Origin: an uncultured Clostridiaceae bacterium
GTDB lineage: Bacteria > Bacillota > Clostridia > Lutisporales > Lutisporaceae
DNA length: 54,684 nt
Direction: 5' to 3'
NCBI GenBank assembly: GCA_964462065.1
Contig: CAYXAT010000001.1
Coordinates: 1 to 54,684, forward strand
Positions 1 to 9,372 of this stretch are shown piece by piece. Under the pieces are notes generated by a model. The model worked only from the letters and a program-made list of their open reading frames with translations. It ran no database searches and was not told where the DNA came from. A program made the translations under genes and the position numbers. The first letter of the stretch is position 1, and the number at the start of each line of letters is the position of its first letter.

Positions 1-40
1 AATACCGCTGTAAAGGTTTTAACCCTTACAGTGGTATTCT
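1..40. other. Imperfect 16-bp hairpin at the window edge; possibly a terminator for ftsY or for a gene outside the window
   Basis: AATACCGCTGTAAAGG, a 6-nt loop, then CCCTTACAGTGGTATT. The arms are complementary apart from G-U-type positions. No clean U-tract on either strand. Confidence 0.3.
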
Positions 41-99
41 ATACAAATATTTTTTATCTGTCAATGATTTTTAATAAAAATAGTTGGCATAATAAAATA

Positions 100-178
100 T
101 TACAGTCTATTAGATTTGTAACCCGGTAATCATAGCAAATATAAAAATCTATATTAATCTTATTGGTAAGTCCGTATA
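100..178 (+). repeat. Copy A of a 79-nt dispersed intergenic repeat
   Basis: Ungapped hand alignment to 19401..19479 gives 64/79 identical positions. It includes an exact 18-nt core, GCAAATATAAAAATCTAT. It lies just 3' of the ftsY stop codon. Confidence 0.75.
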
Positions 179-203
179 GCAGCAATAAAATGTCATGTTT
201 ACA

Positions 204-1121
204 TCATTCTGAAAACATAGCCTCTACAAACTTCTCGGGTTGAAAATCCTGCAAATCGTCTATTTTTTCTCCTACGCCGATTAGTTTCACCGGTATACCC
301 AATTCCTCTTTAATAGCTATGATTATACCGCCTTTTGCCGTACCGTCAAGTTTTGTCAGTATAATACCGTTAATATCCGCCGCTTCTTTAAAAGCCTTTG
401 CCTGTGCTATTGCATTTTGACCGGTTGTAGCATCCAAAACCAAAAGAATTTCTTTATGAGCCTCCGGGTATTCTCTGCTAGCAATTCTTATTATCTTCTT
501 CAACTCTTCCATCAGATTTTTTTTATTATGAAGTCTTCCCGCAGTATCGCAGATTACCACATCTGCATTTTTGGACTTGGCAGAGTTTATGGCATCATAT
601 ATAACTGCCGCCGGATCTGCCCCTTCCTGATGCTTTATCAAATCCGCGTTTATTCTTTTACTCCATACTTCAAGCTGATCAATGGCGGCGGCCCTAAAAG
701 TGTCGGCTGCGGCTATTAATACCTTTTTGCCCGAATTTTTTAATCTGTATGCAATTTTACCGATTGAAGTTGTTTTTCCTACTCCGTTTACACCGATAAC
801 AATAATTATCTGTGGGTAAAGGTTGTTAACAGCACTTTCGTCATTACCAAGAATATTAACAATTTCTTGCTTAAGAATAGCAATTATATCTGAAGGCTCT
901 GTTACTTTTTCATCCTTTACTTTGCATTTTATCTTATCAATTACTTTTAAAGTAGTTTCCACACCTATATCCGAAGATATCAGTATTTCTTCCAGCTCGT
1001 CGTATATTTCATTATTTATAGTCTTAAACCCTTGAAAAGTATCGTTAATTCTCTTCGTTAGGTTTTTTCTTGTTTTCGAAAGACCGCTTTTTAGTCTCTC
1101 GAAAAAACTTGAATTATCCAA
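204..1121 (-). CDS. ftsY: Signal recognition particle receptor FtsY
   Basis: SRP-GTPase motifs GVNGVGKTT, DTAGR and TKLDGTAKGG. TTG start at 1119-1121 with GGAGGA 7 nt upstream. Follows smc, as in B. subtilis rnc-smc-ftsY. Confidence 0.95.
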   Translation of the reverse strand: MDNSSFFERLKSGLSKTRKNLTKRINDTFQGFKTINNEIYDELEEILISSDIGVETTLKVIDKIKCKVKDEKVTEPSDIIAILKQEIVNILGNDESAVNNLYPQIIIVIGVNGVGKTTSIGKIAYRLKNSGKKVLIAAADTFRAAAIDQLEVWSKRINADLIKHQEGADPAAVIYDAINSAKSKNADVVICDTAGRLHNKKNLMEELKKIIRIASREYPEAHKEILLVLDATTGQNAIAQAKAFKEAADINGIILTKLDGTAKGGIIIAIKEELGIPVKLIGVGEKIDDLQDFQPEKFVEAMFSE

Positions 1122-1137
1122 AGCTGTATCCTCCGTT

Positions 1138-4100
1138 CTAACTTACTTTATCTTCTAACTTTACTGACAATAATACAGAAGCCCCCGTATCCTCCATACT
1201 TACTCCATATAAGCAATCAGCAGCCTCCATACTTCCTTTTCTGTGGGTTATTATTATAAATTGTAGATCCTTTGAAAGTTCTTTTAAATAATTTGCGTAA
1301 CGAATGACATTGGTATCATCAAGAGCCGAATCGATTTCATCCAAAACACAAAATGGTATAGGCTTCATTATCAATATGCCGAATAATAAAGCAATTGCCG
1401 TAAGCGCCCTCTCGCCACCGGACATCAGCATCAAATTTTGTTGCTTTTTATTAGGCGGCTTTACTATTATATCTATGCCAGATTCCAGTACATTGTCTTT
1501 ATCATTTAAAACAACCTGAGCCATACCTCCGCCGAAGAGTTTTTTAAACACTTCATTAAAGTTTTTATTTATTATTTCAAATTCATTCAAAAATTGGTTC
1601 TTCATAAAATCAGTTATTTCTTCGATAATAGTTGTAAGAGAATCCTTAGCGGTTATCAAATCATTAAGTTGAGTCTTTAAAAAACTGTAACGGCTGTTTA
1701 ACCTTTCATACTCTTCTATTGCACTAACATTTACTGTTCCCAAATCCTTAATTTCCTCTTTTAATTCTTCTATTCTTTTTGTTGATTGGCTTATATTGAA
1801 TCTATCAATTTTCAAAGATAAGGCCTTATTATAACTCAGTTCGTAGGTATCTAATAATTTATATTCCAAATTTTCAATTTCCATTTCGCTTCTGCTTTTT
1901 TGCAAATCAAGCTTATATAAATTGTTTTGTAAATTAGTCGTTTCTATACCACAGTTTTTTATCCTGCTTTCAATAGTTTCAAATAAATCCTGCTGCCTTA
2001 TTTTATCTTCTTCGGCTGCTTTTAGCTTGCTTTGCACGCTTGATAAATCCTCTTCGATAGATGATATTCTTGCATTTAATTCACTTTCTTTCAATTTGAT
2101 TTCATTGAAATCATTTTTAGCTTTCTCAACAGATTGTATGTTATTACTAATTTTTTCATCTGCTGAATTTTCATTTATAGCAAGATTATCCAATATTTTT
2201 ATTGTGGCACTTCTTTGCTGCTTTAGCTCCGCTTCTTTCACTTTCATCCCTGTTAACTTATTGATAAAATCATCTCTTTGGGTTTTTCCCGCTTTAATCT
2301 TTTCTTCCAATATTTTTATATAGGCAACTCTTTCATCGTCCTCTTTTTCGATTATTCCTAATTCGCTGCTTTTTTCATCAATTATACTGCAGTGGCCATC
2401 TTTTTCTTTTTCTAATTCCTCGATATCTTTATTGTTTATTTCTATTCTGGATTCTAATAAATCCAACTCGTTTTCAAGATAATTTTTTTCATTTTTTTTA
2501 TTTGAGATATTTATATTTAATTCCTGTAATTTTTCCGTTATTTCCATAATCTTATCATTTAAAATATGACTTTCATTCTTCCGCCCGATCAAATCGTGAT
2601 CGGCCTTTTCAAATTCTTTCAAAATGATATCATATTCTTTTTTTAACTTGCTCAGTCGATTTTTTCTTGTCAATACAGAGCCGGTATATGTTGATTTGCT
2701 ACCACCGGTAATAGCACCGCCTACACTTATTACATCACCTTCCAAGGTTACAGTTTTAATTTCATAATTAATAATCCTGCCTAATTTTATCGCCGTATTT
2801 ATATTATCAACAACAGCAATACGCCCCAGCAAATAATAAAAAATACTATTGAATTTAGCATCATATTTAACCAGATCAGAGGCAACACCTATGAATCCGG
2901 GTATTTTTAGCTTTCTCAGCTCATTAGGGCTTATTTGCCGGGGTTTAATGGCACTCAAGGGTAAGAATGTGGCCCTACCCATATTATTCGATTTTAGGTA
3001 ATCAATCAATCTTTTGGCGTCTTCCTCATAATCGGTAACAATATTTTGCATAGCCATACCTAATGCCGCCTCTATCGCTGAGGAATAAGCCTCAGGGACT
3101 GTAATAAGTTCACCTACAACCCCCCTGTACCCTTTTACAATATTTTTTATGCTATTTTGTCTCGTGAGTATGTTTTTTATTGTTTTATTATAACCATCGT
3201 ATTCTTTTGACATTTCTTCCATGAGCTTCAGCCTTGAATAAATGTTTTCTTTGTTTAATTTTATATTTGTCAAAAGCTCTTCGCCTTTATTAACTTGGTT
3301 TTTCTTTTGCTCATTTTCACTGTTTAGCAATAATGCCGTTTCTTTTTTCTTATCTATCTCTTCCTTTATTCTTTTTGTTTCAATCTCAATTTGATTTTTT
3401 ATATTAAGCTTTTCTTCATATTGCTTTTTAAATGAATCAATTTCTATATTTAATTGGCTGATTCTATTGTTCAAATTTTTTATTGTCTCATTACAGACAC
3501 TTATTCTGTTTCTTTTTTCAGACTGTTTGCTTAAAAAATCTATATGTTTCTCTTTATATACTTCTATGTTATTTTCCATTTCAATTATAATTGAATACTT
3601 TTCGTTGTATTCGGATTCCATAGTTTTTATAGTGTCATTTATAACTGCTATTTTATTTTCAAGCAAATCATGCTCTGTTTTATTTTTTTCTGTTTCAGAT
3701 ATAATCTTCTCTTTTTCATCAATTGCTTCTTTATTTTCCTCATAAAGTTTTTTTAATAAAGATTCAATGTATATCGTACGTTCTTTAGAGAAACTCAATT
3801 CACTTTCATTTTTATCCTTTAAATTGATAAGCTCATATATTTTTTGATTTAAATTACTGCAATTTAGGTCGAATTTCTTTATTTCGGCTTTGCTTTGATT
3901 AAGCTCATCCTCAAGTTTTGTTAAGTGCTTTCTATTATTTTCGATATATGTATTTAAAGACTCAATCTCTCTTATTTGGCTTTTTAGCTTATTATTGCTT
4001 TTATCAATATTTGTGACAATTAGATTAACATCCAATACCTTTAATTCATGCAATAGTTTCTGATATGTTTTGGTTATTTTAGCCTGTTCAAATAACGGTT

Positions 4101-4707
4101 CTAATTGATTCTCTATTTCTTGCAGGATATCTTTTATCCTGATAATGTTTTGTTCAGTATGTTCCATCTTTTTTTCGGCTTCCAGTTTTCTGTATTTATA
4201 TTTTGATATACCCGCTGCTTCTTCAAAAATTGCTCTTCGATCATCTGACTTATTGCTTAGTATTTCATCTATTTTACCTTGTCCGATAATTGAATAACCG
4301 TCTTTCCCAACACCTGTGTCCAAAAACATTTCTGTAATATCTTTCAGCCTACATTGAGCTTTATTAATATAATACTCACTTTCACCGGAGCGAAACATTC
4401 TCCTCGTAATGCTGATTTCATTAAAATCCAAATCAATTCCTTTATCACTATTTTCAATAATTAGAGTCACTTCGGCAAAACCTGCAGCTTTCATTTTTTC
4501 ACTGCCGGAGAATATGATATCCTCCATTTTGCTGCCTCTAAGGGTCTTTACGCTTTGCTCCCCGATAACCCATCTTATAGCATCGGCAATATTACTTTTA
4601 CCACTGCCGTTAGGTCCAACAATAGCATTAATTCCGCCGGTGAAGCTTAATTCAATTTTACCTAAAAATGACTTAAAGCCATTTATTTCGAGTTGTTTTA
4701 AATACAT
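1138..4707 (-). CDS. smc: Chromosome segregation protein SMC
   Basis: 1189 aa. Walker A GPNGSGKSN at the N-terminus, long coiled coils with a hinge, and C-terminal LSGGE signature plus LDEID Walker B. Confidence 0.97.
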   Translation of the reverse strand: MYLKQLEINGFKSFLGKIELSFTGGINAIVGPNGSGKSNIADAIRWVIGEQSVKTLRGSKMEDIIFSGSEKMKAAGFAEVTLIIENSDKGIDLDFNEISITRRMFRSGESEYYINKAQCRLKDITEMFLDTGVGKDGYSIIGQGKIDEILSNKSDDRRAIFEEAAGISKYKYRKLEAEKKMEHTEQNIIRIKDILQEIENQLEPLFEQAKITKTYQKLLHELKVLDVNLIVTNIDKSNNKLKSQIREIESLNTYIENNRKHLTKLEDELNQSKAEIKKFDLNCSNLNQKIYELINLKDKNESELSFSKERTIYIESLLKKLYEENKEAIDEKEKIISETEKNKTEHDLLENKIAVINDTIKTMESEYNEKYSIIIEMENNIEVYKEKHIDFLSKQSEKRNRISVCNETIKNLNNRISQLNIEIDSFKKQYEEKLNIKNQIEIETKRIKEEIDKKKETALLLNSENEQKKNQVNKGEELLTNIKLNKENIYSRLKLMEEMSKEYDGYNKTIKNILTRQNSIKNIVKGYRGVVGELITVPEAYSSAIEAALGMAMQNIVTDYEEDAKRLIDYLKSNNMGRATFLPLSAIKPRQISPNELRKLKIPGFIGVASDLVKYDAKFNSIFYYLLGRIAVVDNINTAIKLGRIINYEIKTVTLEGDVISVGGAITGGSKSTYTGSVLTRKNRLSKLKKEYDIILKEFEKADHDLIGRKNESHILNDKIMEITEKLQELNINISNKKNEKNYLENELDLLESRIEINNKDIEELEKEKDGHCSIIDEKSSELGIIEKEDDERVAYIKILEEKIKAGKTQRDDFINKLTGMKVKEAELKQQRSATIKILDNLAINENSADEKISNNIQSVEKAKNDFNEIKLKESELNARISSIEEDLSSVQSKLKAAEEDKIRQQDLFETIESRIKNCGIETTNLQNNLYKLDLQKSRSEMEIENLEYKLLDTYELSYNKALSLKIDRFNISQSTKRIEELKEEIKDLGTVNVSAIEEYERLNSRYSFLKTQLNDLITAKDSLTTIIEEITDFMKNQFLNEFEIINKNFNEVFKKLFGGGMAQVVLNDKDNVLESGIDIIVKPPNKKQQNLMLMSGGERALTAIALLFGILIMKPIPFCVLDEIDSALDDTNVIRYANYLKELSKDLQFIIITHRKGSMEAADCLYGVSMEDTGASVLLSVKLEDKVS

Positions 4708-4759
4708 AGCTAACCCATCCTATCCTGAAAATAAAAACTGTTTTTTCGTATAACCTATA

Positions 4760-5830
4760 TTATTTCAATGATTTATAATAATCCTTTCTCGTGATTGTGA
4801 TTAAATTATTATCAATACCAACTGAAACAGAATCTTTTTCTATACAATCCGGTTTAAATGAAAATTTAAAATTGGGATACTTTTTATTTAAAAAGTGTAA
4901 ATTTGATTTTTTTTGGCCTATAACGTTTGAATAATCAAGAGGGTTGAAATATATATACACATCGGAATATAACCCTGAGTTACATGAATCCAGAACTGAA
5001 ATTATCATGTCTTTGTATATTTCGGAATCCACTAATTGCCTAAAAGAAGGATGATACGGTCCTGCTACTATGCTTTTTCCCGGTTGTATTTCAACTGTAG
5101 GCTGAAGTCCTATACGGATAACATAAATAGAATTGCTCTCAAGGATAATAAGCATATCTTTACATATATCTACAGCCTCTTCAAGCCTTAGAGGAATGTA
5201 TTTATCCATTTCATACATTTTTTCCATATATGTATCTTTAATAACCAATGAGGGATAGATTCTTGAAAAGTCGGGTTTTAATTCTACGATTTTTCTTGCA
5301 GTATCCAAGCATTTGTCTTTATTGTCTCCCGGCAATCCAACCATTAACTGTGTCCCTACAATAAACCCCTCTTCTTTTAATAGCTTGACAGCATTTATCG
5401 TATCAGAGATTTCATGCCCTCTGCCGCTATTTTTAAGAACTTCTTCATCCATAGTTTGAACCCCTAATTCTACTATGGAGGCTCCGTATTTTTTAAGATT
5501 CAACAAAATATCTTTATTGATATAATCAGGCCTTGTCGATAATCTGATTGCATTTATATCTCCGTTTCTTAAGTATTTATTTGCAACCGATAAATATATG
5601 TTTTGTTCTTCAACGGGTATGGCGGTGAAGCTTCCACCGAAGAAAGCAATTTCTACATTCGCGCCGCCCACTTTTATTGTTTCCAGACAACTTTTAATAA
5701 TATTATCTATATCTTTTGAAGTGAGATCTTTAACTTGCCCCGTTATCCTATTCTGATTACAAAAAATGCAATTATACGGACAGCCTTTGTGAGGGACAAA
5801 AATTGGAACTATAAAATTCTTTTTACTCAT
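4760..5830 (-). CDS. Radical SAM protein (ELP3/MiaB/NifB-like); specific function not assignable
   Basis: 356 aa. CPYNCIFC (CxxxCxxC) cluster motif at residues 17-24. Overlaps the rnc stop by 8 nt. Confidence 0.85.
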   Translation of the reverse strand: MSKKNFIVPIFVPHKGCPYNCIFCNQNRITGQVKDLTSKDIDNIIKSCLETIKVGGANVEIAFFGGSFTAIPVEEQNIYLSVANKYLRNGDINAIRLSTRPDYINKDILLNLKKYGASIVELGVQTMDEEVLKNSGRGHEISDTINAVKLLKEEGFIVGTQLMVGLPGDNKDKCLDTARKIVELKPDFSRIYPSLVIKDTYMEKMYEMDKYIPLRLEEAVDICKDMLIILESNSIYVIRIGLQPTVEIQPGKSIVAGPYHPSFRQLVDSEIYKDMIISVLDSCNSGLYSDVYIYFNPLDYSNVIGQKKSNLHFLNKKYPNFKFSFKPDCIEKDSVSVGIDNNLITITRKDYYKSLK

Positions 5831-6533
5831 CTAATAACCTCATATTATCTATTGCGTTTTTTGCTGCAGCTTGTTGCGCATCTTTTTTGCTGTTGCCTTT
5901 ACCGGTGCCTACGACCTTGCCACCCAATAACAGCGCCATGGAAAACTTTTTTAAATGATCCGGCCCTGTTTCTGATGTCTGCAGATATTTTATAGGACCT
6001 AGGTTATTTTTTTGTGAATATTCCTGAAAAAAAGATTTATAATCGTTAAATATTTTATTATCAATAGATGATTCTATAATATCTTTCATTATTGAAAGAA
6101 CAAACTTTTCAGCCGATAAAAAACCACCATCTAAATAAACAGATGCGATTAACGCTTCCATAGCATCTGCGAGGATTGAGACTCTTTCCCTTCCACCGGT
6201 ATTCTCTTCACCTTTACTCATATAAATGTATGTACCTAAATCTATTGAGGCGGCGGCACCGGCCAAAGACTGTTCACAGACAATATTTGCCCGTGCTCTG
6301 GTAAGCTGCCCCTCAGTCATATCTGTTATATTATTGAATAGATGCAAAGAGATAATCAGGCTGAGTATTGAATCGCCTAAAAACTCCATCCGTTCGTTAT
6401 GCTGAAAATTGATTTCTTGACCGTTTCCAAACGAACTGTGTGTCATGGCTGTATTTAAAAACACTATATTTTTAAAACGATAGCCGATTATTCTTTCCAG
6501 TTCATGCAAATCCTTTTTTCTTTTATCATTCAT
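5823..6533 (-). CDS. rnc: Ribonuclease III
   Basis: RNase III signature ERMEFLGDS and a C-terminal dsRNA-binding region. The ORF-track start at 6593 looks over-extended; ATG at 6531-6533 gives MNDKRKKDLHELE, a typical N-terminus. Confidence 0.93.
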   Translation of the reverse strand: MNDKRKKDLHELERIIGYRFKNIVFLNTAMTHSSFGNGQEINFQHNERMEFLGDSILSLIISLHLFNNITDMTEGQLTRARANIVCEQSLAGAAASIDLGTYIYMSKGEENTGGRERVSILADAMEALIASVYLDGGFLSAEKFVLSIMKDIIESSIDNKIFNDYKSFFQEYSQKNNLGPIKYLQTSETGPDHLKKFSMALLLGGKVVGTGKGNSKKDAQQAAAKNAIDNMRLLDE

Positions 6534-6586
6534 CCGGAAGATTATCCCTTTCATTATAGTTGGTTTTCTATTAATAAGTATATCAA

Positions 6587-6667
6587 CTAACAATATTTTT
6601 TCAATACTAAAGAGGCATTATGGCCACCAAACCCAAATGAATTTGACATAGCGTAGGATACACCGAC
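6587..6667 (-). pseudogene. fabF: 3'-terminal remnant of beta-ketoacyl-ACP synthase II (fabF), last 26 codons plus stop
   Basis: The minus-strand frame reads VGVSYAMSNSFGFGGHNASLVLKKYC*, the canonical KAS I/II C-terminus (NSFGFGGHN). Upstream of it the frame has no KAS-like sequence and runs straight into a terminator. Confidence 0.75.
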
Positions 6668-6683
6668 ACTTTTCTTTTTATTT

Positions 6684-6711
6684 AATAAAAAAAAGTCCCG
6701 TTTCTCGGGAC
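6684..6711 (-). terminator. Rho-independent terminator downstream of acpP
   Basis: On the minus strand, GTCCCG-AGAAA-CGGGAC is followed by TTTTTTTTATT. Confidence 0.8.
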
Positions 6712-6856
6712 GTAAAAACTTAATAACATTCTAATATATACCCTATTCAACAAGAATTTAGCAAACGGAACAATATATTTCTATCTTTTTTATAATTGCC
6801 GAAACTTTAAAGATATTTCGGGCTTTACTTGCTTAATTAGATGCAGTAACACCTGT

Positions 6857-7081
6857 TTAACTATTTTTTATGTAATCTACTACATCACCCACAGTTACTA
6901 ATTTTTCAGCTTCTTCATCGGGTATTTCTATATCAAATTCTTCTTCTAAAGCCATAAGAAGCTCAACAATATCAAGCGAATCTGCCCCTAAATCCTCGAT
7001 GAAGGAAGACTCCATTGTTACTTCTTCAGGTTCTATTCCTAATTGTTCGGAAATTTTTTCTTGTACTTTTTCAAAAATCAT
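6857..7081 (-). CDS. acpP: Acyl carrier protein
   Basis: [11 protein letters not shown] phosphopantetheine attachment motif. ATG at 7079-7081 follows a GGGGAGGTGAGG Shine-Dalgarno site; the ORF-track start at 7090 is 3 codons too long. Confidence 0.95.
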   Translation of the reverse strand: MIFEKVQEKISEQLGIEPEEVTMESSFIEDLGADSLDIVELLMALEEEFDIEIPDEEAEKLVTVGDVVDYIKNS

Positions 7082-7119
7082 AAGCCTCACCTCCCCTCTG
7101 AGATTATATAATGATAATA

Positions 7120-7389
7120 TTACATTACTATTCCTCCGTCAATATTAATTATATGCCCTGTTATTTAGTATGAATATGAATCTGCTGAAAAAGCACACCG
7201 TTTTGCAATATCTTCAGGTGTCCCCAATCTTTTTAATGTTTTGATATAAAGGTAATACTTTGTAATACCTGCATTATTTACTAATATATCTATGCCATCA
7301 AATCCTTTTAATACTTTTTCAACAAAATTTTCTATTTCATTAGATTTCGTGGCATCTGTTCTTATGGCAGAGCCACAGAAACAACTCTT
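7120..7389 (-). pseudogene. fabG: Degraded 3-oxoacyl-ACP reductase (fabG): N-terminus missing, large internal deletion, in-frame stop
   Basis: The minus-strand frame reads AIRTDATKSNEIENFVEKVLKGFDGIDILVNNAGITK, then YYLYIKT, then [40 protein letters not shown] hallmarks NNAG and DGG..VM are present, but about 110-130 central residues are absent. The internal TAA is at 7165-7167. Position between plsX and acpP matches B. subtilis plsX-fabD-fabG-acpA. Confidence 0.75.
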
Positions 7390-7428
7390 TTATTTCATCG
7401 AAACGTCAATTAATGGCAGTTTCACAAG

Positions 7429-8424
7429 TTAATTTGTTCCGTTCTCATTGATTTCTTTTATAATCAGATCTATGCAATTATTATCATGCAAGAGTTTCGC
7501 TTGGCGGATTGCATTTTTTATAGCCTTTTTGTCGGAACTTCCATGAGCCTTAATCATTATCCCGTTAATGCCTAAAAAAGGGGCACCTCCATACTCTTTA
7601 TAATCAAATCTTTTCTTCAATCCTATCAAACTGTCTTTTATCAAAAGGGCGCCTATCTTAGATTTGGTTGACTTAGTGATTTCCTCTTTTATCATATCCA
7701 TAATTCCTTGTGCCATTCCTTCAGTATTTTTGAGAACTATATTCCCTACAAACCCGTCACAAACACACACATCACAAATACCGTTTATTATGTCTCTTGC
7801 TTCTATATTGCCTATGAAATTTATATTACAGTTTTTTAATAGTGCAAAACTCTGCTTCGTCAATTCGTTGCCTTTGCCTTCCTCCGTGCCGTTATTTAAA
7901 AGTCCGATTCTCGGTGAAGCGATCCCTGCTACTTTTTCCATATAGATTGAACCCATTTGGGCAAATTGGAGAATATTTTTAGGTTTACAATCTACATTTG
8001 CCCCTGCATCGATAAGCATAAATCCACCTTTCATTGAAGGCAAAACAGGAGACAAGGCCGGTCTATCGATACCTTTGATTCTTCCGACCCGTAAAAGGGA
8101 ACCGGCCAGAAAGGCACCTGTACTGCCGGCAGAAAGAAAAGCATCACAAACTTTTTCTTTAACTAAATTCAGTCCTAATACCATAGAAGAATCTTTCTTC
8201 CTTCTTATAGCACTGACAGGGTTCTCTTCGTTCCCAATTACTTCTGTTGCTTCAATAATATGTATCTTTGAGTTTTTTGTGTTTTCTCCTAAAATATTTA
8301 ATATTCCATCTTTTTGGCCTACCAAATAAACGTCTATACCAAATTCGGCTATAGCATCCAAACAGCCTTCAATGACAGCTTTCGGTGCATTATCACCGCC
8401 CATTGCATCTATTGCGATTCTCAC
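7429..8424 (-). CDS. plsX: Phosphate acyltransferase PlsX
   Basis: 331 aa. MRIAIDAMGGDNAP N-terminus typical of PlsX. GTG start at 8422-8424 with AGGAGGGG 5 nt upstream. Confidence 0.95.
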   Translation of the reverse strand: MRIAIDAMGGDNAPKAVIEGCLDAIAEFGIDVYLVGQKDGILNILGENTKNSKIHIIEATEVIGNEENPVSAIRRKKDSSMVLGLNLVKEKVCDAFLSAGSTGAFLAGSLLRVGRIKGIDRPALSPVLPSMKGGFMLIDAGANVDCKPKNILQFAQMGSIYMEKVAGIASPRIGLLNNGTEEGKGNELTKQSFALLKNCNINFIGNIEARDIINGICDVCVCDGFVGNIVLKNTEGMAQGIMDMIKEEITKSTKSKIGALLIKDSLIGLKKRFDYKEYGGAPFLGINGIMIKAHGSSDKKAIKNAIRQAKLLHDNNCIDLIIKEINENGTN

Positions 8425-8480
8425 ATTTTCCCCTCCTTAATATAAAACGAAGCAAATATAAACTTTCCTTTAAAGGTCAT
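8421..8480 (-). CDS. 19-codon upstream ORF coupled to plsX (MTFKGKFIFASFYIKEGKM); possibly the 3' relic of a lost fapR
   Basis: ATG at 8478-8480 with GGGAGG 5 nt upstream. Its TGA stop overlaps the plsX GTG start (GTGA). Function unknown. Confidence 0.3.
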   Translation of the reverse strand: MTFKGKFIFASFYIKEGKM

Positions 8481-8523
8481 AGTTACCTCCCATTAGTGCA
8501 AGGTTTAATACCAAGTATTATAT

Positions 8524-8552
8524 AATAATATACATTTTTAATAATCTGTCAA
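8524..8552 (-). promoter_or_regulatory. Candidate sigma-A promoter for plsX
   Basis: On the minus strand, a perfect TTGACA is followed after 16-17 nt by TATTAT/ATTATT, immediately downstream of the rpmF terminator. Confidence 0.4.
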
Positions 8553-8558
8553 TAGAAG

Positions 8559-8590
8559 AATAAAAAGTAACAGCGACTTTGCGCTGTTAC
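8559..8590 (-). terminator. Rho-independent terminator after rpmF
   Basis: GTAACAGCG-CAAAGT-CGCTGTTAC followed by TTTTTATT on the minus strand. It starts directly after the rpmF stop. Confidence 0.85.
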
Positions 8591-8593
8591 TTT

Positions 8594-8773
8594 TTATTCC
8601 TCAACTTTTATAACCGTTCTATCTTTGTAATACCCACAAGACTTACATACTCTGTGGGGTAATTTGGGTTCATGGCACTTTGGGCATGAAACCAGACCCG
8701 GTAAAGCAAGTTTCCAATTAGCCCTTCTTTTATCTCTTCTTGACTTTGAAATTTTTCCTTTAGGTAAAGCCAT
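8594..8773 (-). CDS. rpmF: 50S ribosomal protein L32 (absent from the ORF track)
   Basis: Hand translation gives [59 protein letters not shown] (59 aa), with the CxxC...CxxC zinc ribbon. AAGGAGGTG lies 8 nt upstream of the ATG. Follows the DUF177 gene, as in B. subtilis ylbN-rpmF. Confidence 0.95.
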   Translation of the reverse strand: MALPKGKISKSRRDKRRANWKLALPGLVSCPKCHEPKLPHRVCKSCGYYKDRTVIKVEE

Positions 8774-8789
8774 TTAAGTAAGCACCTCC

Positions 8790-9296
8790 TTATTCCTTCT
8801 CAAGCAAACTTTTTAAAATCTCCAGACGCGGATCAACTTCATCTATTACACAATCACATTGCAATAGATTCCTATTGATACCACAAATATGACATAACCC
8901 TTTGCAATCCTCTGCACACAGCGGTTTCATGGAAATTTGGCTAATAATTTCATCTAATACTATATCATCTATTTCTATCGCATCTCCGGTAAGTATAGAT
9001 AAATCTTTATCTTCTTCTTGATAATCCTTCCCAAAAACATAGTTTGCAGATATATCTATCAATTCTTCGTAAGGATTCAAACACCTTGAACAAATCCTTT
9101 TTATTGAGGTTTTAATACTTATTTGCATATGAATCTTACCTTCGTAGTTGACTACATGGCCGGATACATTAACTGGTTGTGTAATTTCAATTGACTCACC
9201 GCTAAACTCAATCTTGTTCTCGCTCATAGACTCACTAAAAAGGAAAGTCTTTTTTTCCCCTTCATTTGCCTTTACTGCAGCTAAATCTATTTTCAT
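8790..9296 (-). CDS. ylbN: DUF177 / YceD family protein (large-subunit accumulation protein)
   Basis: 168 aa with C-terminal cysteine motifs (CxxC..C). Conserved position immediately upstream of rpmF. Confidence 0.85.
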   Translation of the reverse strand: MKIDLAAVKANEGEKKTFLFSESMSENKIEFSGESIEITQPVNVSGHVVNYEGKIHMQISIKTSIKRICSRCLNPYEELIDISANYVFGKDYQEEDKDLSILTGDAIEIDDIVLDEIISQISMKPLCAEDCKGLCHICGINRNLLQCDCVIDEVDPRLEILKSLLEKE

Positions 9297-9372
9297 ATTA
9301 CCACCCTCAATAATTAACGAATTTTATTATACAAATCAAAGTGTGCTTTGTCAAGAATATTACTTTAGCCCT

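Noticed and set aside
417-4753. Plus-strand ORFs of 60-133 aa inside ftsY and smc (417..719, 823..1035, 1304..1519, 1922..2323, 3467..3745, 4409..4753).
   Set aside because: They lie antisense to long, well-supported genes. They have Ser/Phe/Leu/Ile-rich low-complexity translations typical of shadow frames in AT-rich DNA, and no Shine-Dalgarno sites.
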